Source of the DNA: Pseudomonadota bacterium
GTDB taxonomy: Bacteria > Bdellovibrionota_G > JALEGL01 > DATDPG01
DNA length: 39,891 nt
Direction: 5' to 3'
NCBI GenBank assembly: GCA_043804515.1
Contig: JAZDIZ010000085.1
Location: 1-39,891 of the forward strand
In this document: piece after piece, positions 1-8,939 of the stretch
How positions within the stretch are numbered: the stretch's first letter is position 1
How the letters are laid out: the number at the start of each line of letters is the position of its first letter
Made by a program: the position numbers and the translations under genes
The notes under the pieces: model-generated
Told to the model about the DNA's origin: nothing
The model's database searches: none
The model's input: the letters and a program-made list of their open reading frames with translations, nothing else

Positions 1-133
1 ATCAAGAATGATTTCAATCGACGTCGGTCAATTTTGAAAGCCTCATGACCCTTTTTGATCGAACAATTTTCGTCGAGTGCGCCCCGCCCTCACGACTGGA
101 TCGGAATTCAACCGAAGCCCGAGGTGACTTGGT

Positions 134-182
134 GGTTCAATCAGCTACACGTGGGGACCGCCACTTGTAGCTAAGTCGAACC
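134..182 (+). repeat. 49-bp imperfect palindromic dispersed repeat, copy A (best-preserved copy)
   Basis: GGTTCAATC-AGCTACACGTGG-GGACCG-CCACTTGTAGCT-AAGTCGAACC. The 12-bp inverted arms (143-154 / 161-172, one mismatch) surround a 6-bp spacer, with outer GGTTC/GAACC also complementary. Related copies lie at ~1991, 10803, 11750 and 14952. Confidence 0.85.
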
Positions 183-206
183 TTCCTTCACCATGATATG
201 CGCAAT

Positions 207-1295
207 TCAATGCTGCTCGATCGCGAATTGGCGGTCGGTTGTCCCATCGTCGTTGATTACCCACAGCTGAATTCTCCCCACCTCTCGGCCATCACTGGTT
301 TCGATCTGGACCCTCCATTTTCCCGGCTGGTAGTTCGATTTAAACGTGACGCCGCGATATCCTTCTCTTCTACCTCCGGTGATCTGCATTGGAATGGCGT
401 CGGACGGGTGCCATCCTCTTTGATCCTTATAAAGCCAGCGCACGAGGAGATCGTCCTTAAAACCGGTGGGTGAGAAAAGTTGGGCGAAACAGTAAATCAT
501 ATCACCCGTTCGGGCATAAAAGGTTTGATCGCCCGTTTCCCATATGCGCCACCATGGGCGCATATGAAAGAGTCTGAAGGTCTCTTCGTTCCGTTCGATG
601 TTATGAAATATTCCAATGTAGCTGGTGGAGAGCGGCACAGGCGGGATCGCTTTGAAGAAGTACAGAAGCGCAAAGACAAGCTGGATTCCAAGAAATGGCA
701 GGACAAGTTGGCTTCTCAGAGGAATGAAGCGTTCTCCGAGGCGTCTTTTAAGGAACCGATACAAAGGCAGGAAACAAAGGACGGAAGCGGCCACCGCACC
801 CAAGAAGGGGCCGACTCCGATGAAGCCAAGAACCATCGGAACGATATAGATGAAAAAAGAAATCAGACAGAGGCTGAACAGTGCGACGTGCACGGCTCGT
901 TGGGATTTTCCGAACCGCACGAACTCGTTCAGAACCAGTACGATCGTCAAGACTCCCACAAAGATCAATGACGTGAGCAGTGAAGCACTTTTGAAATAGA
1001 AGATGGAGTAGACGTTCATCAGCGTGCCCATGATGAAATGCAGGAACGCTTCGCGATAGCGCCAGACTTTCGCCAATCTCGGCCCGGGTTGATACGCGTT
1101 CGCCTCAAACAGAAAATCGTACGAAAGAATTGCTGCGATCAGGACTAAATAAAGAACCTGCTGTGCAATCGCCTTCGGATCATCAATACTTCCCAGCATC
1201 ACAGCATCGAAAAGAAATCCCAGGAGGAAAAACACGATCGGAACCCATCGTTCGTAGCGTTGATAAAGAGACTTGAGCCTTTGCGTCAGAACCAT
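207..1295 (-). CDS. DUF2914-domain integral membrane protein
   Basis: Multi-TM N-terminus (FFLLGFLFD...) and a C-terminal domain IYCFAQLFSP...W...ITGGRREGYRG...PGKWRVQIETSDGREVGR typical of DUF2914. ATG at 1295 chosen over the ORF-track start at 1322. Confidence 0.8.
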   Translation of the reverse strand: MVLTQRLKSLYQRYERWVPIVFFLLGFLFDAVMLGSIDDPKAIAQQVLYLVLIAAILSYDFLFEANAYQPGPRLAKVWRYREAFLHFIMGTLMNVYSIFYFKSASLLTSLIFVGVLTIVLVLNEFVRFGKSQRAVHVALFSLCLISFFIYIVPMVLGFIGVGPFLGAVAASVLCFLPLYRFLKRRLGERFIPLRSQLVLPFLGIQLVFALLYFFKAIPPVPLSTSYIGIFHNIERNEETFRLFHMRPWWRIWETGDQTFYARTGDMIYCFAQLFSPTGFKDDLLVRWLYKDQRGWHPSDAIPMQITGGRREGYRGVTFKSNYQPGKWRVQIETSDGREVGRIQLWVINDDGTTDRQFAIEQH

Positions 1296-1368
1296 GTGTC
1301 CAGCATTGTATACCTTCTGCAATCTTCGCCCTCACGGTATACTGCAACCCACCAAGAAAGAGGCGCAG

Positions 1369-1674
1369 ATGGAAAAAGAATTTGAGGCATTACGGAAGGA
1401 TTGGGAGCATTTGGCGACGGATATGTCGAAAACCTGGAAGGCCCTCGTCGCGTATGGCAAAGCCGAGACGGGTGCGAGAAAGGACCAGATGAAAGAGGAG
1501 ATGGAAAAACATCTGGCGGGTTTGCGTAAGGAGCTCGACTCCTCCTATGAGAAGGGCAAGGAAGCGGTCAAAGCGATCGGCACAAAAGTGGAGGAGAACC
1601 CCTGGAAAAGCCTGTTCATCGCCTTCGGTTTGGGTCTACTGACAGCTAAACTGTTGGAACGCCGGTCCAAGTAG
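1369..1674 (+). CDS. ElaB/YqjD/DUF883-family membrane-anchored ribosome-binding protein
   Basis: Helical charged body ending VEENPWKSLFIAFGLGLLTAKLLERR (NPW + C-terminal TM + basic tail); AAGAGG RBS before ATG 1369. Confidence 0.8.
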   Translation: MEKEFEALRKDWEHLATDMSKTWKALVAYGKAETGARKDQMKEEMEKHLAGLRKELDSSYEKGKEAVKAIGTKVEENPWKSLFIAFGLGLLTAKLLERRSK

Positions 1675-1686
1675 GAGATCGAACTC

Positions 1687-1965
1687 ATGATAGCAACCAT
1701 TCTTGAATTCGCGGCAACGGCCGTCCAACTAGTAACCACGGCGAGCGAAATACGCCGAAAGTTTTTTCGATACGGCCTTTGCCTGCTGCTCTTGGCGGTG
1801 GGCGGCGGCTTTGTTGCCACGGGTGCGGGGTTCTTGATCTGGGCCTTATATGAAGGTCTTTCGAGCGGTTTGGCTTCCCCCAACAGTGCGCGGCTGATCA
1901 CGTGCATGTTTTCTTTCGGCGTAGCTGGAGTATTGATCTGGGCGGCGAAGAAAATGCTCAACTAG
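1687..1965 (+). CDS. small two-TM membrane protein (YqjE/phage-holin-like, typical DUF883 partner)
   Basis: 92 aa with two hydrophobic helices; AGGAG RBS; directly follows the DUF883 gene. Confidence 0.6.
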   Translation: MIATILEFAATAVQLVTTASEIRRKFFRYGLCLLLLAVGGGFVATGAGFLIWALYEGLSSGLASPNSARLITCMFSFGVAGVLIWAAKKMLN

Positions 1966-1990
1966 TCCAATTACCAGGCTGCAAAGTAGT

Positions 1991-2028
1991 GTTCAATTAG
2001 CTATACGCAGGGAACGCCACTTGTAGAT
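1991..2028 (+). repeat. 49-bp repeat family, copy B
   Basis: GTTCAATTAGCTATACGCAGGGAACGCCACTTGTAGAT, 32/38 identical to 135-172, ungapped (manual count). Confidence 0.8.
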
Positions 2029-2054
2029 ATTTCCTATTACCGGGACCTGATCTC

Positions 2055-2083
2055 TTGAATGGAATGGTAGATTATGGTAGATT
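2055..2083 (+). promoter_or_regulatory. sigma70-type promoter of the TA operon overlapped by a tandem 10-bp repeat (likely autorepression operator)
   Basis: TTGAAT (2055-2060), 17 bp, TAGATT (2078-2083) with an extended -10 TG; ATGGTAGATT repeated at 2064-2073 and 2074-2083. Confidence 0.6.
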
Positions 2084-2107
2084 AAGATAGAAAAGGGGAT
2101 ATGAGTT

Positions 2108-2323
2108 ATGCCCAAAGTTCAACTGGCGACCCGGCTTGACGAGCGGATTAAGAAAGCACTGGATCTTGTATGCGCATCGAGGGGCCTGAAGATCAACCGG
2201 TTTCTGGAGGAGGCGATTCTCGACAAGCTCGAAGAGCTGGAGGATATCGAGGATCTCAAAAAAATCCGGCATGAACCGACGCGGTCATTCCGTGCGCTGC
2301 TGAAAGAACTCAAGCTTGCCTAA
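2108..2323 (+). CDS. type II antitoxin, ribbon-helix-helix (RelB/CopG-like)
   Basis: 71 aa; N-terminal beta-helix-helix pattern (VQLATRLDERIKKALD...INRFLEEAILDKLEELEDIEDL); acidic C-half; overlaps the toxin start. Confidence 0.8.
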   Translation: MPKVQLATRLDERIKKALDLVCASRGLKINRFLEEAILDKLEELEDIEDLKKIRHEPTRSFRALLKELKLA

Positions 2324-2585
2324 GAGATACGTTGTTGAGATCTCACGGTCGGCCGAGCGGCAACTCAAGACTATTAACCGAAAGGATCAAGCGCGGATCG
2401 TTCAAGCGATCCTTACGCTTGAAATCAACCCTCTTCCGATCGGCGTTCGAAAACTTTCGGGGTACGAAGATGTGTACAGGATACGTGTTGGAACGTATCG
2501 CGTGATCTACAACGTCGAGGGAAGGAAACTCCTGATCATCGTTCTGAAAATTGGCCACCGGAAAGACGTGTACCGAGGACTCTGA
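2316..2585 (+). CDS. relE: type II toxin, RelE/StbE family mRNA interferase
   Basis: YVVEISRSAERQL...NPLPIGVRKLSG...YRIRVGTYRVIY...IGHRKDVYR; TTG start overlapping the antitoxin end. Confidence 0.9.
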   Translation: MPKRYVVEISRSAERQLKTINRKDQARIVQAILTLEINPLPIGVRKLSGYEDVYRIRVGTYRVIYNVEGRKLLIIVLKIGHRKDVYRGL

Positions 2586-2721
2586 TCTTGGCATCGTTTC
2601 CCAATCTGGTGCGGCTCGCTTCACGTTGTGACCAAAATCCAGGGACGACGATGAAGTGACCGGCCCCCGATTCCCCGGCGTAAGAGCTCGTTTTCCCGGA
2701 ATTGAATACTTTTCACGGTAC

Positions 2722-2760
2722 TATGAGGAATCCGGGGAGGAATCCGGGGGCACCCACCCA
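2722..2760 (+). repeat. REP-like repeat at the 3' flank of the RAYT gene (inverted partner at 3586-3620)
   Basis: TATGAGGAATCCGGGGAGGAATCCGGGGGCACCCACCC; nearly matches the reverse complement of 3586-3620. Confidence 0.7.
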
Positions 2761-2761
2761 T

Positions 2762-3430
2762 TTAGCAAACCCCCTTCCGTCGCGGGCGCCCAGGGCGTCG
2801 ACGCATAAAAGATCTTCCAGTCTTCCGTTCCAGCTCCTTGATGAACGAGGATGCTCCAAGGGGCCTTCCGGTCCGTTCGTGCCGTTCCAAGGTTTCGATA
2901 TCCCGTTTCGTCAAGGGCGAGTTTAGGAATTCCCCCCAGTTCTCCACTCGCTCCAGAAGCGGACCCACTTGCACCAAGGGGTCGTCCGCTCCCGTCACGT
3001 GCGCGTGCGCACTGCTCCACGGATAGCCGATCGCGCGATTCACAATCCCGGCATCCACGGGATTGCGTTCGATGTAGCGGACCGCCCGAAGAAGATGCGT
3101 TTCGTCCATTGGGAATGACGAAAAACGGCCCTGCCAAAGATGTCCTCTCCACTTCTTTCGAAAGTTGATGTGCCGAGTGTAACGGCAATGCGTCTGTTCC
3201 ACGGCCTGACGAAATCCGGTTTCGTCCTTTGGGACGAGAATGAGATGAACGTGGTTCGTCATCAAACAATAGGCCCAGACGTCAACGTTGAATCGGCGAC
3301 TCCATTCGGCCAACAGGGATCGGTATTTGAGAAAATCGGTTTTTCCAAAGAACGTCTTTTGACGACGGTTTCCTCGTTGCGTGACGTGATGAGGGATTCC
3401 GGGGATGACGATTCGGGCTATTTTGGGCAT
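2762..3430 (-). mobile_element. rayT: REP-associated tyrosine transposase (RAYT, Y1/HUH, IS200-like superfamily)
   Basis: MPKIARIVIPGIPHHVTQRGNRRQ...AYCLMTNHVHL (HUH)...GHLWQGRF...YIERNPV.AG...YPWSS; intact 222-aa ORF. Confidence 0.9.
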
Positions 3431-3585
3431 GGGCGATCCTCTTTTGCGTGATGATCCACGAAGAGAAGAGCATGTTGGATGCCATGCCTAAGGTCTTGAA
3501 AGGGAAGGAGTGAAGGTCTTACGAAGGGTCCGGCAATCGGTCATCGGTCCGAATCTCGTCCGCGCCTAAAGCGAGTCGAACAATA

Positions 3586-3620
3586 CGGTGGGTGCCCCCC
3601 GATTCCCCCCCGATTCCATA
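3586..3620 (-). repeat. REP-like repeat at the 5' flank of the RAYT gene
   Basis: Reverse complement TATGGAATCGGGGGGGAATCGGGGGGCACCCACCG mirrors 2722-2760. Confidence 0.7.
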
Positions 3621-3787
3621 AGCAGGAATGGCCGCTTCCCCGTGCTTGCGGATCTCTTCGTTCGTTCCATCCGCCACAGCTCGATTCCGACAGAGATTCC
3701 TACAGAGCAATCCGGACGGAGCCAAGGGAAGGGAAACACTTCCGGCTTCTTCTGGCTTTGAGTCACCGAAGTGATTAGGATCGACTC

Positions 3788-5530
3788 ATGCATAGCAACC
3801 AGCCGGAAGTTCAAAGCTTCTGTAAAGCCTTGTTTGCGGGGCGGATCCAGGAGGAGATGGTTTTCCCGTTTCCGGTCCTCAAAAAAGAGGAAGAGGAGCT
3901 TTTAAAGCTCCTTCTCGAAAACCTCCGAAATTTTGCATCGCGCGAAATCGACCCGGTAAAAATCGACCGCGAAAGAAAGATCCCCGACCGTGTCCTGAGC
4001 GGCCTCAAGGAGATGGGGTTGTTCGGCCTCCAGGTTCCGGAAAAGCTCGGCGGCCTCGGCCTCGGGCAATTCGCGTACGGGTGCGTGTGCGAGGAGATCG
4101 GGGCGATCGACGCCTCCCTGGCAGCCACCCTGGGCGCGCACTCCTCCATCGGAATCAAGGCCCTCTTGCTCTTCGGGACGGAAGACCAAAAGAACCGATA
4201 TCTTCCGAAACTCGCTTCCGGCGAGATGATCGCGGCTTTCGCCCTGACCGAGCCGGGCGCCGGCTCCGATGCCTACAGCATCAAGACGCGGGCCGTGAAA
4301 CAAGCCGACGGTTCGTACGTCCTGAACGGAAACAAAATCTGGATCACGAACGGAGGGATCGCCGACTTTTTCACGGTGTTTGCAAAGGAGGAGACGGAGG
4401 CCAAAGGAGAAAAAAGGGATCAGGTCAGCGCCTTCATCGTGACGCGCGATCTGAAGGGGTTTTCTTCGGGCAAGAGCGAACACAAGCTCGGAATCCGCGG
4501 TTCCGTCACCACGGAACTCGCTTTCACGGACGTCCATGTCCCCAAGGAGAACGTTCTGGGTGAGCCGGGGCGCGGTTTCAAGATGGCGATGGAGGTCCTG
4601 AACGCCGGACGACTCGGACTCGGCGCCGGCTGCGTCGGGGGATGCAAACGCCTCTTGGCGCTCGCAGCCGAGCACGCGAATCAACGACACCAGTTCGGGA
4701 AGCCGATCGCCAGCTTCGGCCTGATCCAGGAAAAATTGGGCCGGATGATGATGGAAACGTACGTGGCGGAGTCGATCACGTACCTGACGTGCGGCATGGT
4801 GGATGCGGGCGTCCCCGATTTTTCGATCGAGTCGGCCGTTTGCAAGATCACCGGTTCCGAGACGATCTGGTTCGCGGCGAACGGGGCCCTCCAGATCGCC
4901 GGGGGGATCGGTTTCATGGAAGAGTACCCGTACGAACGATACCTGCGGGACACGCGGATCAACATGATCTTTGAGGGGACGAACGAGATCCTCCGCCTGT
5001 TCATCGCGCTCTCGGGGATGAAGAACGTCGGTGAATACCTCCAGATCGTGGGCCAAGCACTCAACGACCCGATCAAGTCATTCGGGGTTCTTTACGACTA
5101 CTTCATCTCCAAACCGGTCCAGCGATCGCTTCAGGGGGAGAAGGTCTCGCTGGCTCATCCCGAGCTGAAGCGCGAAGCCGCGATGTTCGAAAGCGACGTG
5201 GAGGAGTTCGAGGAGGCGGTGGAGAAAGCGATCCGCAAGCATCGCAAGAAAATCTGGGAGAAGCAGTTCGCTCAGAAGAGAATCAGCGAGATCGCAATGG
5301 ACCTGTACCGGATGATCGGCGTGATCTCGAGGGCCACGAAAGCGATCGAGACGAAGGGCCTCGAGAAAGTGCAGGACGAACTCGCGATCGTGCGGGCGTT
5401 TTGCGTCCACGCCCACGGCCGCATCATCAAGAACCTGCGCGGGATGGACCGCAACATCGACGAGCTTCTAAAGAGCGCGGCGGCACAAGCCGGCGCGGCG
5501 GGCGGTTATCGTCTTTCGTTGATGCCGTAG
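3788..5530 (+). CDS. acyl-CoA dehydrogenase, VLCAD/ACAD9-like long form
   Basis: AFALTEPGAGSDA, LNGNKIWITNGG, KLGIRGS, RHQFGKPI, IFEGTNEILR motifs plus a C-terminal helical extension (580 aa). Confidence 0.93.
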   Translation: MHSNQPEVQSFCKALFAGRIQEEMVFPFPVLKKEEEELLKLLLENLRNFASREIDPVKIDRERKIPDRVLSGLKEMGLFGLQVPEKLGGLGLGQFAYGCVCEEIGAIDASLAATLGAHSSIGIKALLLFGTEDQKNRYLPKLASGEMIAAFALTEPGAGSDAYSIKTRAVKQADGSYVLNGNKIWITNGGIADFFTVFAKEETEAKGEKRDQVSAFIVTRDLKGFSSGKSEHKLGIRGSVTTELAFTDVHVPKENVLGEPGRGFKMAMEVLNAGRLGLGAGCVGGCKRLLALAAEHANQRHQFGKPIASFGLIQEKLGRMMMETYVAESITYLTCGMVDAGVPDFSIESAVCKITGSETIWFAANGALQIAGGIGFMEEYPYERYLRDTRINMIFEGTNEILRLFIALSGMKNVGEYLQIVGQALNDPIKSFGVLYDYFISKPVQRSLQGEKVSLAHPELKREAAMFESDVEEFEEAVEKAIRKHRKKIWEKQFAQKRISEIAMDLYRMIGVISRATKAIETKGLEKVQDELAIVRAFCVHAHGRIIKNLRGMDRNIDELLKSAAAQAGAAGGYRLSLMP

Positions 5531-5534
5531 GGAT

Positions 5535-7655
5535 TCAGAGCCGGCCGCCGGAAGCCGCGATTTCGCGCAGACGCGGCACCGGGCGGAAATGTTCGCCCAA
5601 GCGCGGTGCCAATTTCTCCAATTCCCTTGCGATCTCTTTAATCCCGCGCCGGTTCGCGTAGTAGGCAAGGCCCCCGCGGAACGGGGCAAACCCCGTCCCC
5701 ATCACCATCCCGATGTCGATGTCGCGGGAAGTGGAGGTCACGCCCGCCTCCAGACAGCGCGCCGCTTCGTTCACCATGAGGAGGACAAAACGGTCGGAAA
5801 GGGTTGCGCGCTCCTCCAGATCGGAGGATGGATTCCCGTCCTTCGGCGCGATCCCGAGAATCCTCCCGAGGTACGCCTCGTCCAGCTTTTTTCTCTTCCC
5901 GCCGTGGAGGTAGAACCCCTTCCCGTTCTTCTTCCCGAGCCGCCCGTTTCCACGCAACGTCGCGAGAAGTTTCGGAACCGCCGGGAAGTCCGGCAGGTCG
6001 TTCTTCAGGTGAATCCCGACCTTTTCCAGGACGTCGATCCCGATCTCGTCCATCAATTCGAACGGCCCCATCGGCATCCCGAAGAAAAGCATGCTGTCGT
6101 CGATCTCGCGGATCGGGATCTTCTCCTCCGCGGCGCGCAGCGCCTCCATGAGGTAGATTCCGAGGATACGGTTCACCAGGAACCCCGGCCGGTTCGCCAC
6201 GACGATCGGCGTCTTCCCAAGCGCGAGGCTGAACGCCACGGTCGTCGAGACCGTGGCCGACGAAGTCTTCTCGCCGCGGATCACCTCGACAAGCGGCATC
6301 TTCGAAACCGGGTTGAAGAAGTGGAGGCCGATCACCCGCTCCGGGTGCGCCGTGGTCTTGCCGATCTCCGTGATCGAGAGCCCCGACGTGTTCGTCGCCA
6401 GGACCGTCTCCGGTGAGCTCTTCTCACCCAGCGCCTGGAACACCTGCTGCTTCACCTCCAGGTTCTCCACCACCGCCTCGATCACGAGATCGGTTTGTTG
6501 AAATCCGGTCCAGTCGGTTGTCCCGGAGACCAGAGCATTTCGGGCGGTACACTCGCGGAGGTTGATCCTGCGCCGCGTGAGATCTTTCTGATTCAGTTCG
6601 AAGACCGTCTGCATCCCCTTGTTGAGAGCGTCGAGAGCGATATCCCGCATCCGGACCGATCTCCCTCTGGTCGCGATCAGCTGCGCAAGCCCTCCCCCCA
6701 TCACGCCGGCACCGAGAAGACCGACCTTCCCGATTGGTCTGGGCGCTTCAGGGTACTTCTCCTTTCGGATCTCCTCGGAGGCGTGGAAAATGTGAATCAG
6801 CGACTTGGACACTTCGGAGACGATCAACTCAGCGACCTTCTGGGCCTCGATCTCGTAACCATCCAGCCTTCGCTTTCCGTAGGTCTTTCCGACCACGTCC
6901 AGTGCGGCGAGAGGGGCGGGGTACTGTCCTTTGGTCTCGGCGATCACCCGCTGACGGGCTTTCTTGAAAATGAACATGCGAAGAAACGGAAGCTTCAGCA
7001 GGAGCTTCTGAGGAGCAGGCACCTGCGTGGGTCGTTTCAGCCGGGGCGCTGAGATCAGCAATTGTTTCGCCACTTGCTCCAGGATCTCCGAAGCCGCGAC
7101 ATCGTCCGCCAGCCCGATCTTGGCCGCTCGCCGACCGTCGAGGGTCTTGCTCGAAACGATGAGATCGAGGGCATTCATCAACCCTACGATCTTCGGGAGG
7201 CGTTGTGTCCCCCCGAATCCGGGAATGATCCCCAGGCGCACTTCGGGAAGAGACAGCCGCACATGAGGGCCGTCCCCGGCGACCCGGTACGTGCAGGCCA
7301 GCGCGAGCTCCAAGCCGCCCCCCAGGCACGGGCCGTCGATCACCGCGACGCTTGGATAGGGAAGGCGTTCGATCATGGCGAAGACGCACTGACCGAAAGC
7401 GGACTTTTCATACGCCTCGCGGAGATCGGTGATGGCGTGAATCTCGTCGATGTTAGCTCCCGCGATGAACTGCTTCGGTTTCCCGCTGCGGATCAGGAGA
7501 CCGCGCACTTCCTTCATGGCTTTGAGACGGCCGAACGTTTGCTCCAACTCGGAGAGCAAGTCGCTCGTCAAAACGTTCACGCCGAGATCCGCGTGGTTCA
7601 ACGTCACGACCGCGATCTGGTCACTTCCGATGTCGAGCGTGTGATGCCGCGGCAT
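5535..7655 (-). CDS. fadJ: fatty acid oxidation complex alpha subunit (enoyl-CoA hydratase / 3-hydroxyacyl-CoA dehydrogenase)
   Basis: FIAGANI, CLGGGLELALAC, LPEVRLGIIPGFGGTQRLP; GAGVMGGG Rossmann motif; IGLHFFNPV; PGFLVNRIL. Confidence 0.92.
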   Translation of the reverse strand: MPRHHTLDIGSDQIAVVTLNHADLGVNVLTSDLLSELEQTFGRLKAMKEVRGLLIRSGKPKQFIAGANIDEIHAITDLREAYEKSAFGQCVFAMIERLPYPSVAVIDGPCLGGGLELALACTYRVAGDGPHVRLSLPEVRLGIIPGFGGTQRLPKIVGLMNALDLIVSSKTLDGRRAAKIGLADDVAASEILEQVAKQLLISAPRLKRPTQVPAPQKLLLKLPFLRMFIFKKARQRVIAETKGQYPAPLAALDVVGKTYGKRRLDGYEIEAQKVAELIVSEVSKSLIHIFHASEEIRKEKYPEAPRPIGKVGLLGAGVMGGGLAQLIATRGRSVRMRDIALDALNKGMQTVFELNQKDLTRRRINLRECTARNALVSGTTDWTGFQQTDLVIEAVVENLEVKQQVFQALGEKSSPETVLATNTSGLSITEIGKTTAHPERVIGLHFFNPVSKMPLVEVIRGEKTSSATVSTTVAFSLALGKTPIVVANRPGFLVNRILGIYLMEALRAAEEKIPIREIDDSMLFFGMPMGPFELMDEIGIDVLEKVGIHLKNDLPDFPAVPKLLATLRGNGRLGKKNGKGFYLHGGKRKKLDEAYLGRILGIAPKDGNPSSDLEERATLSDRFVLLMVNEAARCLEAGVTSTSRDIDIGMVMGTGFAPFRGGLAYYANRRGIKEIARELEKLAPRLGEHFRPVPRLREIAASGGRL

Positions 7656-7658
7656 GCT

Positions 7659-8939
7659 CTAGGCCTCCTCCAGGACGACGGCGGCGCCTTGTCCGCCCCC
7701 CACACAAAGCGTGGCTAAGCCGAGCGGGACATGCCGCCTTCTCATCTCTTTGGCCAGTGCGAGCGTGATCCGGGTTCCCGACGTCCCGACCGGATGGCCG
7801 AGGGCGATCGCACCGCCGTTGACGTTCACAAGGTTCGGATCGATCGGCCCGAGTTCGGGGAAATTCGCCCCGACGCTCTCGCCGAAACTCGGCTTCTCAA
7901 AAATCTTCAAGTTCGCCAGCACCTGCGCCGCGAACGCCTCGTTGATCTCCACCAGCCCGATCTCCCGCATCGTGATCCCCGCACGTCGCAATGCGAGAGG
8001 CGAAGCCACGGCAGGACCGAGGCCCATTCTTCTCGGATCGAGCCCTCCATACGCATAACTTCGAATCCACGCCAGGGGACGCAGCCCCGATACACGTACG
8101 CGCGCCTCGCTCATGAGCAACACCGCCGCCGCTCCGTCGGTCACGGGGCAGCTGTTTCCGACCGTGACGGTTCCGTGTTTGCGGTCGAAGAACGGCCGGA
8201 GTTGGGCCAGCGCTTCCATGGTCTGTTCGGCTCGCGGCCCGATGTCGCTTTCGACCGGCGGCTTCCTCGGAAGGAAAACCGGTACGATCTCCGCTCGGAG
8301 CCGCCCCTCGCTTGTCGCCTTCACGGCGAGCTGGTGGCTCCGAAGAGCGAAACGGTCCTGCTCTTCCCTGGAAATCCGGAACTCTCTGGCGAGGATTTCC
8401 GCGGTCTGTCCCATGTTCAGGCCGCAGAACGGATCGGTCAGCCCCTCCAGCAGTCCGATGACCGGCTTGAGCATCTTCGGGCGGAATTTTAGGAACGCCG
8501 CGAGCTTTTGAGCCGGGCTTTTTGCGCGGGCCAGCCCGCTTAAGAATTCGCCCATTACCTTGGGAAAGAAGATGGGCATGTTCGACATCGACTCGGTGCC
8601 GCCGGCGATGATCGCATGCGCCTGCCCCGCGCGGATCAACTCAAAGGCTTCCGAAATCGACTGCATCCCGGAGGCGCAGTTGCGCCCGACCGTGTGAGCG
8701 GGAACCGAGAGCGGAACTCCGGCGTTGAGCGCGATGACCCGGCCGATATTGATGGCGTCCATCGGCTGCGAGATGTTTCCGATGATGACCTCATCGAGGC
8801 TTTTCGGATCGATCTCCGTCCGTTCGATCAACTCGCGTACCGCAATCCGTCCCAGTTCCTGCGCGGTGACATCATTGAAGGCCGTTCCGGCTTTGACGAA
8901 CGGCGTCCGGATCCCTTCGATCAGAGCAACACGCGTCAT
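7659..8939 (-). CDS. fadI: 3-ketoacyl-CoA thiolase
   Basis: RTPF, NCASG (catalytic Cys), NEAFAAQVL, NVNGGAIALGHP, LCVGGGQG. Confidence 0.93.
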   Translation of the reverse strand: MTRVALIEGIRTPFVKAGTAFNDVTAQELGRIAVRELIERTEIDPKSLDEVIIGNISQPMDAINIGRVIALNAGVPLSVPAHTVGRNCASGMQSISEAFELIRAGQAHAIIAGGTESMSNMPIFFPKVMGEFLSGLARAKSPAQKLAAFLKFRPKMLKPVIGLLEGLTDPFCGLNMGQTAEILAREFRISREEQDRFALRSHQLAVKATSEGRLRAEIVPVFLPRKPPVESDIGPRAEQTMEALAQLRPFFDRKHGTVTVGNSCPVTDGAAAVLLMSEARVRVSGLRPLAWIRSYAYGGLDPRRMGLGPAVASPLALRRAGITMREIGLVEINEAFAAQVLANLKIFEKPSFGESVGANFPELGPIDPNLVNVNGGAIALGHPVGTSGTRITLALAKEMRRRHVPLGLATLCVGGGQGAAVVLEEA

